A stretch of DNA of 58,012 nucleotides, taken from a virus (taxonomy: Duplodnaviria; Caudoviricetes). The translations under genes and the position numbers were made by a program. The stretch lies in IMG/VR virus record IMGVR_UViG_3300032213_001526, positions 1 through 58,012 of that record. One strand, given 5' to 3'. The notes under the pieces were generated by a model. That model ran no database searches. It saw nothing but the letters and a program-made list of their open reading frames with translations, and had not been told where the DNA came from. Within the stretch, counting starts at the first letter, position 1, and each line of letters begins with the position of its first letter. This document shows positions 18,407 to 27,728 of this stretch, piece after piece.

Positions 18407-18717
18407 ACTTGCGACCATGCGAGTCGTGCAAGACGCGACACCACCCTTCGCTGTTTCCCACGGCAATCTCGACGCAATGCGCGAGTTCGATGCTTGGACG
18501 GCCAGTGAGCGAACTCGACGTACATCACCCGATGGCGATAGACATTGGCACGGTCGAAGTCGTGTCTGGCTTACCAGTGTCGAAGTGGGTCAAGAAAGAG
18601 CGTCGATGGCATTATCTCTGGTCAAAGCTGATGTACGCTCGTGCGGTCGCGAAGGGTGAGGCTCCGGCTCGACTCAAAGTGTGGAGTGAAGAGGAGACCG
18701 CAAAACATGCCACGTAG
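18397..18717 (+). CDS. hypothetical protein with a CxxC motif
   Basis: RBS ggagg; CESC...C. Confidence 0.6.
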   Translation: MRIDLRPCESCKTRHHPSLFPTAISTQCASSMLGRPVSELDVHHPMAIDIGTVEVVSGLPVSKWVKKERRWHYLWSKLMYARAVAKGEAPARLKVWSEEETAKHAT

Positions 18718-19201
18718 GACCACGAATGACACCATGCTTGGGATGCTTATGGAACATCCAGACATGGAAGGGCTGCAAGCTGGCACGCGCATCACGTACC
18801 TTGCGTTAATGGCCATCGCACGAAAGCCGTATGTGGACAACGCCCCGTTTATCCACAGTTCGTTGGCGCGGCTCACGGCGCTGTCGGTCGCGCAGGTCAC
18901 GCTAGCGCTCGACAAGCTGCGCGAAGCGGGGTTGTTTATTCCATCGACGGCGGCGCGGTTTTCGGAGGCGTTTTACCTTCCGCGTGCGATGGACCTCGAC
19001 ACGTCGCTGAATCCGAGCAACCCGCACCATCGGCGTCACGTACAAAAACGGTTGGCGAAGCTCCGCAAAGGCGCACCGGACCTCTGCGACATGTTTGCCA
19101 GCAATTACCCCGAGTGGATGGCCGAGCCGTCCACCGCTCTCACCGAGGTTCAGCACGATGGATTGGAGTCCCCAGCAGGAGAAGGCACTACAGCAGATTG
19201 A
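18707..19201 (+). CDS. possible winged-HTH replication protein
   Basis: RITYLALM...SSLARLTALSVAQVTLALDKLREAGLF resembles the wHTH of replication initiators; RBS ggag. Confidence 0.5.
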   Translation: MPRRTTNDTMLGMLMEHPDMEGLQAGTRITYLALMAIARKPYVDNAPFIHSSLARLTALSVAQVTLALDKLREAGLFIPSTAARFSEAFYLPRAMDLDTSLNPSNPHHRRHVQKRLAKLRKGAPDLCDMFASNYPEWMAEPSTALTEVQHDGLESPAGEGTTAD

Positions 19202-20384
19202 TCGCTGGCTTGACGAAGAAAACGGCCAGCAGATGTTGCGGTTGTTCGGGTACGCTGGCACTGGCAAGACGACGCTGGCTCGCACCATCGCCGACACCAT
19301 CGACGGTCCGGTGCAGTTTGCCGCGTACACGGGCAAGGCGGCATCGGTGATGCGTGCGAAGGGGTGCGCCACGGCTCAGACGCTGCACTCGCTGGTGTAC
19401 ACGGTGGACAGCTTCATCGACGAAGAAGAGATCGCGTTACGTGCGGCTCTCGACCTTACCGAGGACCCCGTGCAGCGCGGCCAGATCGTGCGGAAGATTC
19501 GCGCTGTGGTCGCTAACGCCAACAAGCATCGGTGGATTGTGAACCGTGACGGCCCACTGTCAAGCGCCGCGTTGCTGATTCTTGACGAGTGTTCGATGGT
19601 GGACGAGAAGTTGGGCCGCGACATTCTCTCGTTCAACAAGCCGGTGTTAGTGCTTGGTGACCCCGGCCAGTTGCCGCCGCCGTCCGGTGCTGGCTTCTTC
19701 ACGACAACCGCGCCAGACGCGCTTTTGACCGAGGTACATCGGCAGGCCAAGGAGAACCCGATTATTCGGTTGGCGACGCTCGCACGCGAAGGCAAGCCGA
19801 TCCGGCGCGGCCATGTGGCCCACGAGACTGGATCGGCCACGGTCACGGCGGACCGTGAGGCGTTCGCGCATTTTGATGGTCAGTATTTGACAGGGTCAAA
19901 CGTGATCCGCCGTACGCTCAACTGGAACGAGCGGTGCCAGATGCTTGGCACGACTACGCCACCCAAGGCTCCACAGCAAGGCGAGCCGATCATTGTCCTG
20001 CGAAACAACAAAGACCTTGGCATTTTTAACGGCGTCATCGGGTCGATGGCGTCTACCGCCGTGTGGACTGATAACGAGGACTTGCGCGGCGATGTAATGT
20101 ACGAGGGCCGCTTAATGTCCGATCTGTTCATCGACGGCGCGGTGTTCCGGCAGTACGACGACCTGCGTGCCCCGCAGCCGCCGCTCCAGTATGACCGCGA
20201 CAAGACGCCGCTCGACTTCGGCTACGCGCTGACGGTTCACAAGGCGCAAGGCTCGGAATGGGACAGCGTCTGCCTCGTAGACGATGGTTTCGGTAAACGT
20301 GATCCGGCGCTTCGTGCCCAATGGCTGTACACCGCCATCACACGCGCCTCCAAAGACTTGATGATCTACACGGGAGACCTATGA
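19158..20384 (+). CDS. SF1B DNA helicase (Dda/RecD-like)
   Basis: GYAGTGKTT, DECSMV, GDPGQLPP, HRQA, YALTVHKAQGSEW, LYTAITRA. Confidence 0.92.
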   Translation: MDWSPQQEKALQQIDRWLDEENGQQMLRLFGYAGTGKTTLARTIADTIDGPVQFAAYTGKAASVMRAKGCATAQTLHSLVYTVDSFIDEEEIALRAALDLTEDPVQRGQIVRKIRAVVANANKHRWIVNRDGPLSSAALLILDECSMVDEKLGRDILSFNKPVLVLGDPGQLPPPSGAGFFTTTAPDALLTEVHRQAKENPIIRLATLAREGKPIRRGHVAHETGSATVTADREAFAHFDGQYLTGSNVIRRTLNWNERCQMLGTTTPPKAPQQGEPIIVLRNNKDLGIFNGVIGSMASTAVWTDNEDLRGDVMYEGRLMSDLFIDGAVFRQYDDLRAPQPPLQYDRDKTPLDFGYALTVHKAQGSEWDSVCLVDDGFGKRDPALRAQWLYTAITRASKDLMIYTGDL

Positions 20385-20701
20385 CGCATCCTGCGGACGT
20401 ATTCCTCGACTTGTTTGAGGCCAAGGCGGAAGATGTGACTACCCGCCTGCAAGACGAAGCCATGAAAGTGTGGCTACGCGAACGTCGCCCTGTTTCGGTG
20501 AACGACGTGCGGCACATCTTGGACCGCCTCCAGTATCGCGGCGATCCGCGCATCCTTGCCGCCGCGTTCCCGCGCAGGTCGTGGATTGCGTACGGCTATA
20601 CCACGACGAACTCGCTCAAGGCGCACAAGCGCGGAGTTCGGACGTTCCTTCCTCGGCACAACATCCTTTCACTGGACCCCTCTCATGAGCAGCTTCCTTG
20701 A
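20381..20701 (+). CDS. hypothetical protein
   Basis: ATGA overlap, RBS ggag. Confidence 0.65.
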   Translation: MTHPADVFLDLFEAKAEDVTTRLQDEAMKVWLRERRPVSVNDVRHILDRLQYRGDPRILAAAFPRRSWIAYGYTTTNSLKAHKRGVRTFLPRHNILSLDPSHEQLP

Positions 20702-21026
20702 CCTGTTGGATCAGCACACCGCCGCCGCCAAGAAGTACCGCGATCTTGTCTCCGAGGAAATGCTGATTGAAGATTCGCGCCCACTGGTGAAGTACGCCGC
20801 CATTGGTCGGATCATGGGCAGCGAGAACGCCGTCACGAAGAAGCCACACTCGGCCTCTTCTGCCGAAGCCATCGTGGAAACGGACGGCGAGTATTGGGCG
20901 CTGTTGAAGAAGAAACGCGAGACCGTCGCGGCGAAGCTCGGCGCACAGGCTGCGTTGGAGTCAGCACGGTACCGCGTTCAACACGCCCTCGCGGTGATCG
21001 CGACGCTGCGCGGCGGCACGGAATGA
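20685..21026 (+). CDS. helical hypothetical protein (weakly UvsY-like pattern)
   Basis: coiled-coil flanking SASSAEAIVETDGEY; similar pattern in 28026..28475. Confidence 0.55.
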   Translation: MSSFLDLLDQHTAAAKKYRDLVSEEMLIEDSRPLVKYAAIGRIMGSENAVTKKPHSASSAEAIVETDGEYWALLKKKRETVAAKLGAQAALESARYRVQHALAVIATLRGGTE

Positions 21027-21559
21027 TCACGGCCTCCAAGACGACATGGTTGACCGCGTACTTGGAGGCATGGGCCACTGGCGCTGGCACGGCAACTGCT
21101 GCCCTGCCAGCCGCTCGTGCGGCCAAGACCTTTAAGGCGCTAGAAGCGACCTTCGGTCGCTCCGATGTGCTGGCGCGATGGCAGTCGGCGTGGGTGTCTA
21201 CGCCTGATCATCAGCGGAAATTCCTGACACCGGAATCGTTTGCGCGGCGGTATGGTGAGTTTAAGCCACCCGCGTTTGACGCCTTCGGCTTCGTGTCGTA
21301 TTCGGCAGAGCAAGACGATCTTGCGTCTGAGATTGTTGAGGCGATGAGCGGGATGCGTGCTGCGTTGTACTTGCGGTTCGATCTGCCGCCGACTTTCCCT
21401 CTTTCCGCCGCCTTGCTTCGTGCGTACGAATCGCTGCGCGGGTACCATGAACGCGGCTTACAGGAGTACAACGACGTGATTGCTGCTCATCGTTCTATTG
21501 ATCCGGTTTGCGCTGGACATACCGCTACCCTTTCCTTTCACCTGTCTGGCACATCATGA
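21023..21559 (+). CDS. hypothetical replication-module protein
   Basis: ATGA overlaps; directly upstream of the DnaB-like helicase; FLTPESFARRY. Confidence 0.6.
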   Translation: MITASKTTWLTAYLEAWATGAGTATAALPAARAAKTFKALEATFGRSDVLARWQSAWVSTPDHQRKFLTPESFARRYGEFKPPAFDAFGFVSYSAEQDDLASEIVEAMSGMRAALYLRFDLPPTFPLSAALLRAYESLRGYHERGLQEYNDVIAAHRSIDPVCAGHTATLSFHLSGTS

Positions 21560-22608
21560 GCGAAGCCCTCTCGTTTCAAGAACGCCACACCGCGAAAGCT
21601 GAACTCCGGTCGTACGAGGACACCGCCACGTCGGCTGCCGACGCAATGGTGGGGATGGAGCTTGGCGAAGAGGATTTTATCCACTTTCCGTGGCCGTCAC
21701 TGGACCGTGCCGTTGGTGGTGTCGGCCCGAATCGCATTGTGATTCTGGCGGCGCCTCCGGAAGGCGGCAAAAGCTCGTTTATGTTGTCGCTGCTGGACGG
21801 ATGGGCCGAAGATGGCGTCCGCGTGTGCGCTGGCTTTCTGGAGACGCCGACTGATGTGCTGATGCAGCAGTGGGCGTGCCTACGCCTTGGCATTAACTAC
21901 GAGATCATTGGCACGGGTGCGTATCTCACTATGCGGAATGCACGCGAGATACGCGAGTCAGTCAAGAATGAGATCAGCCACATGGCGATCAAGTTTAGCC
22001 GCACGATTTGGCCACACCCGATGACGACTTTGAGCGCAGCAACTTTGGACGCGTTTTACAACGATGCGTTTCAATTTGATGCGGACGTAGCCATCATTGA
22101 CCACTTGGATCACACCGAGGACACGGGCAATGGTGCGTCTGGCATCACCTTGAGCAACACGATTATCAGTACGGTCCATCGCCGGATGCGGCAAGCGAAG
22201 GCGCGGGGCAGCAAAATGCGGACGTTTGCCACGTCGCAGATGAACAACGACGCTACACGGCGCGGAGGGGTCTTTGGTCGCGCTACGCCGCCGATTCCGT
22301 CCGACGTGTTTATGGGGCAGCGCAAGGAGCAGTTAGCCGACCTCTTTCTTGGCTTGCACCGGATTCGGCGTCCCGCAATGGAAGGCGACGTGCAGTTGGA
22401 GAAGGACGTGAAGGAAGGCCGACGCCCACTTGCGGATATGCTCTTGCCGAATACGGTCGGCGTGCGGATTATGAAGCGGCGTGTCGGCGGCGGATCAAAC
22501 ATTACTATCCCGCTTGGCTTCCGTGCTGGCCGCGTGGTCGAACCGAACTACACCATGTCGATGGTCCGTGCCGCCGATACGGCACCCGCTGAGGTTTTTG
22601 AGTCGTGA
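21556..22608 (+). CDS. DnaB-like (SF4) replicative helicase
   Basis: PWPSLD...GG, ILAAPPEGGKS Walker A, LE, IIDHL, SQMN, EQLAD. Confidence 0.85.
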   Translation: MSEALSFQERHTAKAELRSYEDTATSAADAMVGMELGEEDFIHFPWPSLDRAVGGVGPNRIVILAAPPEGGKSSFMLSLLDGWAEDGVRVCAGFLETPTDVLMQQWACLRLGINYEIIGTGAYLTMRNAREIRESVKNEISHMAIKFSRTIWPHPMTTLSAATLDAFYNDAFQFDADVAIIDHLDHTEDTGNGASGITLSNTIISTVHRRMRQAKARGSKMRTFATSQMNNDATRRGGVFGRATPPIPSDVFMGQRKEQLADLFLGLHRIRRPAMEGDVQLEKDVKEGRRPLADMLLPNTVGVRIMKRRVGGGSNITIPLGFRAGRVVEPNYTMSMVRAADTAPAEVFES

Positions 22609-23495
22609 AGCAATACGCCATGCCGTTTTCTCGTGGAGGCCCGAGCGCAGCGGCTCGCAGTGCTGGAGGCAAGCGCGGGAAAGCCAATGGCCAGCAGTTT
22701 GAGAAAGAGCTTGAACAAGCCAACGATGTGTACCGCCGCCGCCAGTTGGCCCACATTGAGCGTGTCCATCCGGAGGCTGTTGGTCCTCCGGGGAAGATGC
22801 GGCTGGCAAAAGCCGGTCCAGTCGATTTTTTTGGCGTGGTCGCTGGTGGCCGCGCCATCTGCTTTGATGCCAAGGCCCGAGAAAACGCCGCTTCGTTCGC
22901 GTACGATGAGCGGGACCAGCACCAGATTCACGCGCTGGTGAGTGCGCGTGACTGCGGGGCGCTGGCGTTTTTGCTGATTTGCGACAATTCGCGGTCGTTA
23001 GCTTATGTCGTCGGCGGCGACGCATTGGACGCCTTAGCACGCGGTGAACGTGTCGCCCTTCGCACTGACACACGCGGCTCGCGCCAAGCGACGCCGCTTT
23101 TCTATACGGTCCCTGCGCGTGCGCCGTACGTCGCTGGCCGTCCTGCGGCATGGGATTATCTTGCCGTAGTCCTTAACCCAGAGTCGCTATGTCGCAAGAC
23201 TACTCCAGTCTCGGCAGTCGGGCCAACTCCGCTGGCCGTGCGTTTGAGAAAGCCATCGTCGAAGTCTGCGACCACTACCGCGAAGAAGCGGTCGCCGATA
23301 TCCGCCGCTGCTACCCCGCTAGTCGATCCGCACCGCATTCCGTCCGGCTCGCGGGTCTTTCGGAGGTCGATTTTGACGGCGACCTCATCGGCGGAAAGTA
23401 CGGAAACAAACAGATCGCGTTCGACGCGAAGTCGATCAGCAAGAACTCTACGTACAGCCACTCTACCCGCGACCGGCACCAAATCGCGTACTTGA
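22605..23495 (+). CDS. RecU-like Holliday junction resolvase, copy 1 (3' ~100 codons run over copy 2 out of frame)
   Basis: GQQFE..LE.AN..Y, VDF.G, FDAK, HQI.AL, GALAFLLI. Confidence 0.8.
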   Translation: MKQYAMPFSRGGPSAAARSAGGKRGKANGQQFEKELEQANDVYRRRQLAHIERVHPEAVGPPGKMRLAKAGPVDFFGVVAGGRAICFDAKARENAASFAYDERDQHQIHALVSARDCGALAFLLICDNSRSLAYVVGGDALDALARGERVALRTDTRGSRQATPLFYTVPARAPYVAGRPAAWDYLAVVLNPESLCRKTTPVSAVGPTPLAVRLRKPSSKSATTTAKKRSPISAAATPLVDPHRIPSGSRVFRRSILTATSSAESTETNRSRSTRSRSARTLRTATLPATGTKSRT

Positions 23496-23743
23496 TGCGG
23501 TTACAAGCCAAGGGGCATATTGGCTTTATCTTGCTGTACGATCACCGACTCGACATGATGTGGCTGTTCATGGACGTGCGTCGTATTCTCCAGCCGCCAG
23601 AGTGGGTAGACGTGCGGACCGTGCGCGATGGCCGCGTCGAGTCGTTTCTGCCGCAAGTCGTGCGAAAGGGTGGCTTGTGGGACTTTTTGCCGGTCGCGTT
23701 TGCCGAGTATGACCGCCTCTTTGGTAGTGCGTCTAAGGAGTAG
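23189..23743 (+). CDS. RecU-like Holliday junction resolvase, copy 2
   Basis: GRAFE..I...C..Y, VDF.G, FDAK, HQIAYL, GHIGFILL. Confidence 0.8.
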   Translation: MSQDYSSLGSRANSAGRAFEKAIVEVCDHYREEAVADIRRCYPASRSAPHSVRLAGLSEVDFDGDLIGGKYGNKQIAFDAKSISKNSTYSHSTRDRHQIAYLMRLQAKGHIGFILLYDHRLDMMWLFMDVRRILQPPEWVDVRTVRDGRVESFLPQVVRKGGLWDFLPVAFAEYDRLFGSASKE

Positions 23744-23814
23744 CCGATCAGTCATGGTGCCGACTACCACTCCGGTCTGTGGGCATTTGCTGAGGCGTCA
23801 CAGGAGAATACATT

Positions 23815-24033
23815 ATGCCCCCGCGTCGCGTTTCTGCGAAGAAGAAGGCTTCGGCTCCGAAGAAGATTGAGCGCACCACGACCAAGATTGCTCGCAAGCT
23901 TAAGCGGTCGGGTCAGGCTGTTGGCCGTAACGAAACGCAGAAGGAAAAGATGGCTGCTCGTCGTCAGCTTTCTGCGCTGTCTGGCGTGAAGATGACCCCG
24001 CGTGAGCGCTCGGGCCGTTCTTCGCAGGGTTGA
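23815..24033 (+). CDS. small highly basic protein ending in Gly
   Basis: strong RBS aggag; 72 aa Lys/Arg-rich; ends RSSQG. Confidence 0.75.
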   Translation: MPPRRVSAKKKASAPKKIERTTTKIARKLKRSGQAVGRNETQKEKMAARRQLSALSGVKMTPRERSGRSSQG

Positions 24034-24037
24034 TCTG

Positions 24038-24832
24038 ATGGAGAGGACCCCCACACACTCTCCAGACCGGATTGTCATGAACTTGCCGTCAGCCAACCCG
24101 CTGGCGGCAAGTCATTTCCAGCCTATCCATTGGCTGTCCAAGACGACTAAAGAAGTCGTTCTTGGGCTATCTGGCGGCAAAGATTCCGTCGCGTGCCTCG
24201 ACCTGTGTCATCGGTACGGCATCAAGGTGTACCCGTACTTTCTCTACATTGTGCGCGGCATGGCCGTGTGGGAAGAGTACGTGGAAGAGCTAGCTAAGGC
24301 CTACGATCTTGGCCCCGTGCTGTACTTGCCGACGCCAGACCGCATCCTGTACTACAAGATTGGCGAATACTGTGCGCCAACCCCGTCGCTCCAGCTGATC
24401 AACTTCCGTGATATTTGGGAACGCGCACGCGCCCACTACGGCATTAAGTGGCTCGTAACCGGCGAGAAAAAGCTGGACTCACTGGAGCGTCGCGCACAGA
24501 TTTCTTCATGGGGGTCGGTGCAGCCAGCACGGTACCGCGCCTTTCCGCTGGCGGACTGGTCGCACCAGCAAGTCAAAGAGTACTTGTCGGAGCGTGGTGT
24601 GCCACTGAACCCGCAGTATCGTATCTTTGGCCGTTCGCTCCGCTCGCCGTTTGAAGCCGACACGATTCTCACCCTCCGAGATCACTTTCCTGATGACTAC
24701 GCCAAGCTCTGCCGAGACTTCCCCTTCGCCAACGCCGCCGCCGTCCGCGCCGAAAGCCGAGGGCACAAAGCGCTTCCGGTTTCTGGAGATACCGCGCAGC
24801 CAAATCCAGAAAGCGGACTACAACCCGCGTGA
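24038..24832 (+). CDS. PAPS-reductase-like PP-loop (adenine nucleotide alpha-hydrolase) protein
   Basis: LSGGKDS, TGEKKLDSLERR, FPLADWS...V..YL; alternative start 24077. Confidence 0.85.
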   Translation: MERTPTHSPDRIVMNLPSANPLAASHFQPIHWLSKTTKEVVLGLSGGKDSVACLDLCHRYGIKVYPYFLYIVRGMAVWEEYVEELAKAYDLGPVLYLPTPDRILYYKIGEYCAPTPSLQLINFRDIWERARAHYGIKWLVTGEKKLDSLERRAQISSWGSVQPARYRAFPLADWSHQQVKEYLSERGVPLNPQYRIFGRSLRSPFEADTILTLRDHFPDDYAKLCRDFPFANAAAVRAESRGHKALPVSGDTAQPNPESGLQPA

Positions 24833-25529
24833 CATTGATCCGTACGTCCTGAACAAGCTGGCCGAAGGCATCGAAGAGTTCGGGTTGGTTGAGACGCTGG
24901 TCTGGAACGAAGCTACGGGCATCTTGGTCGGTGGACATCAGCGGTTGTCGATTCTCGACCGGCAGCACGCGGAAGGCGAAGACTATCTCGTCCCTGTGTC
25001 GGCGGTAAATCTCTCGCCAGAAAAAGAACGCCAGCTGAACGTGTTTCTGAACAATGAGACCACGCAAGGCGGGTGGGACACCGCCAAGCTGGAGATGCTG
25101 TTTCGCGATGGCAACACGTCGCCCTTCGCAGCTGGCTTTGACGCTTCGGACCTCCAGCAGTTGTTCCCCACGGAAACGGTTGTCGACTTCATCAAGAAGT
25201 ATCTGCCAGATACCACGTTTGACAGTCCAGAGCAGATGGCAGAAATCCCCGGTACGCCGCCGCCTGACGCGGTGCAGCAGGCTGCGCTTGATATCATGGA
25301 AATCAAGGCGGCACGCAACAAGCATCGGGACGGCAACCGCGAAGACCTGCGAGCCGATCACATTGTCGTGATGGTGTTCGACACGTCGGCGCAAGCCAAA
25401 GGTTTCTTGACGACCGTTGGGCTGGACAGCAATATGCCGTACTTCCTTGCCGAGCATTTGCTGACAGCAATGGGCTGCGAGCGACTTGTGCCAACAAAGG
25501 TGCTTGACGTAAGCGATCAGACGGCGTAG
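24693..25529 (+). CDS. ParB/Srx-like nuclease-domain protein
   Basis: YNPR, I.EFGLVE.LVWN, LVGGHQRL, ERQLNVFLNN...G.WD. Confidence 0.88.
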   Translation: MTTPSSAETSPSPTPPPSAPKAEGTKRFRFLEIPRSQIQKADYNPRDIDPYVLNKLAEGIEEFGLVETLVWNEATGILVGGHQRLSILDRQHAEGEDYLVPVSAVNLSPEKERQLNVFLNNETTQGGWDTAKLEMLFRDGNTSPFAAGFDASDLQQLFPTETVVDFIKKYLPDTTFDSPEQMAEIPGTPPPDAVQQAALDIMEIKAARNKHRDGNREDLRADHIVVMVFDTSAQAKGFLTTVGLDSNMPYFLAEHLLTAMGCERLVPTKVLDVSDQTA

Positions 25530-25532
25530 TAT
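25504..25532 (+). promoter_or_regulatory. putative sigma70 promoter
   Basis: TTGACG-17bp-TAGTAT. Confidence 0.5.
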
Positions 25533-25537
25533 CTCGT

Positions 25538-25936
25538 ATGGCAGATAGTAACCCTACCTTGTTTGCCTTTGAGTGGCGCAAGGTAGGGTTATCTTTTTCT
25601 CTTTCCGACTCTCACATGCGACTGTCTGCGGTCCCTGTTTCGCCGTTCTACTCTGCTCCGTTGGTAAAACGCGCCACCGTGTACTTGAACGGGGTGTACG
25701 TGTCGCCAGTCGTAGAGTTCGACACGGATGCCGGATGGGTGATTGTCGTCCGGATTCGCGACAATGGGCAGTCGCGGCCTCACGCACAGTCGCCAGTCGG
25801 CGCAGAGTGCAAGCGGTATCGCGGGAAAGTGCAGTGCATCCTCCGGCAGGCACAGGAGACCGACCTTCCGGCTCCGGTGCATCCTGACTGGATTGTTGAG
25901 GACCCCCCACACCACGGATCATCTGATGCCAAGTAA
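25538..25936 (+). CDS. hypothetical protein
   Basis: VYLNG...V.EFDT..GW...YRGKV; true start may be 25616. Confidence 0.55.
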   Translation: MADSNPTLFAFEWRKVGLSFSLSDSHMRLSAVPVSPFYSAPLVKRATVYLNGVYVSPVVEFDTDAGWVIVVRIRDNGQSRPHAQSPVGAECKRYRGKVQCILRQAQETDLPAPVHPDWIVEDPPHHGSSDAK

Positions 25937-26243
25937 CATCACCGAAGTCGACGAGCTAGTTGCCGACCAGTTTGTCCCGTACACGGTTGACATCGCTACA
26001 CGCCGTCAGCACGAAATCACGCTGACGGCTTTGAGTGTCTACGTGAAGTCGCTGGAGCGCGTCGCCAAGCAGTTAGATGGCGTTAGTGCTAGCAAAGACA
26101 ACGTCGTTGCCCTTATGGGAACGACTGAAGACATGATGGATCAGCTGGAAGGTCAGTATACCCTGTTTAACGCGATGGTGTCGGACCTGACCATTGAAGA
26201 CGGAGACGAACGTGACGACACTGACGAACTCTTCCCCGAGTAA
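25926..26243 (+). CDS. acidic hypothetical protein
   Basis: operon overlap; good codon bias. Confidence 0.65.
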   Translation: MPSNITEVDELVADQFVPYTVDIATRRQHEITLTALSVYVKSLERVAKQLDGVSASKDNVVALMGTTEDMMDQLEGQYTLFNAMVSDLTIEDGDERDDTDELFPE

Positions 26244-26577
26244 CATTGGAGACGAGCCGCAGTTGACGGTCATGCCGTGCTGGGTGGTTGCTGACCATAA
26301 CGCGACGATTGCCTCGGTCGAGTTTGGTGAGGCAGTCGCTCCACTTGGCGGGGCCGTGTTTGCGGCGGCAATCGTGCCGCTGGAAGCCAATCCAAGCATC
26401 TGCTGGTCTCGTGACGCTGGTGGGTATCCCGCGTGGCTGCTCGACCACTTCGCTGACGCTGACATCGACGCAAGCAGTGTCATAGTCGCCATGATGTTCC
26501 TCAATCAAGACGTGGAGCCTATTGGGATAGAGCAGTTTACGACTAGCGATGGCGTGCTGTATATAGTCCGGCAGTGA
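26212..26577 (+). CDS. hypothetical protein
   Basis: RBS ggag, GTG start. Confidence 0.5.
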   Translation: MTTLTNSSPSNIGDEPQLTVMPCWVVADHNATIASVEFGEAVAPLGGAVFAAAIVPLEANPSICWSRDAGGYPAWLLDHFADADIDASSVIVAMMFLNQDVEPIGIEQFTTSDGVLYIVRQ

Positions 26578-27101
26578 AGCCAGTCTTTGCATGGGCCGTC
26601 CGAAAGCCGGACGGCTCATTGCTCTTTGACCACATTACTGGCGCACCGTGGCTGTCAAATCAGCGGGGCTATAGCGTCAGTGATTGTGAAGTCGCCATCA
26701 TCCTACGGTCTACGTGGGACACCTTAACTCGCCAAGCTATGTCCGAGACTTCTGCCGCCCCTGCTGAGCCAACGCTGGCCGAGCCGGTTCAGACCGACGC
26801 TGTGCCAATTGAACTGGCGTGGGCAAACGACATACGTATCCGCATCGGTATCCAGCCAATTGTGTCTGACGATGGTGTCGTTGTTGCGCTGGGGATGCGC
26901 GTTGGTGCATCAGCTGGATGGATGACCAAGCCGGATGACATGCTTCTCCTGTCTGCTGAGATCAACCCGATGCAGTTACGCTTGGCGCGTAATCCAGTCG
27001 CTGTCGCTCGGGCCGCTGTTGACGACGCGCTCCGTGCCATCCTCGACGCGCTGCGTCAGTCGTACGAACCGCCTCCTCCCGCCACCAAGATTATCCTGTA
27101 A
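26574..27101 (+). CDS. hypothetical protein
   Basis: GTGA overlap. Confidence 0.6.
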   Translation: MKPVFAWAVRKPDGSLLFDHITGAPWLSNQRGYSVSDCEVAIILRSTWDTLTRQAMSETSAAPAEPTLAEPVQTDAVPIELAWANDIRIRIGIQPIVSDDGVVVALGMRVGASAGWMTKPDDMLLLSAEINPMQLRLARNPVAVARAAVDDALRAILDALRQSYEPPPPATKIIL

Positions 27102-27274
27102 TGACAGACGCTCAGGCAAACGACGCGGCGCTGGTTTCTTTCTGTCAGATATGGCGTGCCTATCTGTTCGGGATAAAGTTTGACGGCTCGCATGGAGAGT
27201 CGCCATCGTGGGCCGAAGTCAAAGAGGCTGCCGACAAGATGCTCAATGCCTTAGCGGAAATCGAAAGACGATAG
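27101..27274 (+). CDS. 57-aa hypothetical protein (not in the ORF track)
   Basis: MTDAQANDAALVSFCQIWRAYLFG...EIERR; TAATG overlap; ends before the terminator. Confidence 0.55.
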   Translation: MTDAQANDAALVSFCQIWRAYLFGIKFDGSHGESPSWAEVKEAADKMLNALAEIERR

Positions 27275-27292
27275 AAAGGCGATAGCATGGGG

Positions 27293-27340
27293 TTGCAAAA
27301 GTTACCTGTCTCGTTAATATGACGAGGCAGGTTTTCTTTT
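27293..27340 (+). terminator. intrinsic terminator overlapping a putative promoter
   Basis: stem 27304..27314/27322..27332 plus U-tract; TTGCAA-16bp-TAATAT with the -10 in the loop. Confidence 0.65.
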
Positions 27341-27353
27341 AACCCGAGGTTAT

Positions 27354-27728
27354 GTGCCGCCGTCAAACCGACGCTCCAACAATATCCGCGCTGTTCACCT
27401 GAAAGCGCTGCGCCGTGCGGCGGGGTGGTCGCAAGTGCAGCTTGGTGAACTCACTGGCTTAAATCCGGTGATGCTTTCGCAGATCGAAACGATGCGTCGT
27501 GCCATCCCAATGCACATGGCCGTCACGATTGCCGATGCGCTCGGCGTCAGCATTGACCTACTGGTTGATCGCAAGTCGCCAGAGGGTCCATGCTCCGGCT
27601 TTGAAGTGGAGGATTTGCGCCCACAGCCGTCTGGCCTCGCGCTCCTCAAGCTTCGCCGCTCGCGTCGCCCACTGACAGACGCCGAAACGATGGCGCTCGC
27701 TGCCGAACTGGAGGCCGCGCATGGCTGA
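27354..27728 (+). CDS. XRE/Cro-C1-type HTH regulator
   Basis: LKALRRAAGWSQVQLGELTGL....LSQIE......IADALGVSIDLL. Confidence 0.88.
   Translation: MPPSNRRSNNIRAVHLKALRRAAGWSQVQLGELTGLNPVMLSQIETMRRAIPMHMAVTIADALGVSIDLLVDRKSPEGPCSGFEVEDLRPQPSGLALLKLRRSRRPLTDAETMALAAELEAAHG

Noticed and set aside
24038-24832. cysH auxiliary metabolic gene for sulfate assimilation
   Set aside because: Lacks the catalytic C-terminal ECG motif and Fe-S cysteines; context is ParB-like, not sulfur metabolism
24693-25529. Plasmid-prophage partition system
   Set aside because: No ParA ATPase and no HTH typical of partition ParB; only the N-terminal ParB/Srx domain is recognisable
27354-27728. CI repressor / lysogeny switch
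   Set aside because: No peptidase domain, no divergent partner and no integrase in the window, so lifestyle cannot be called
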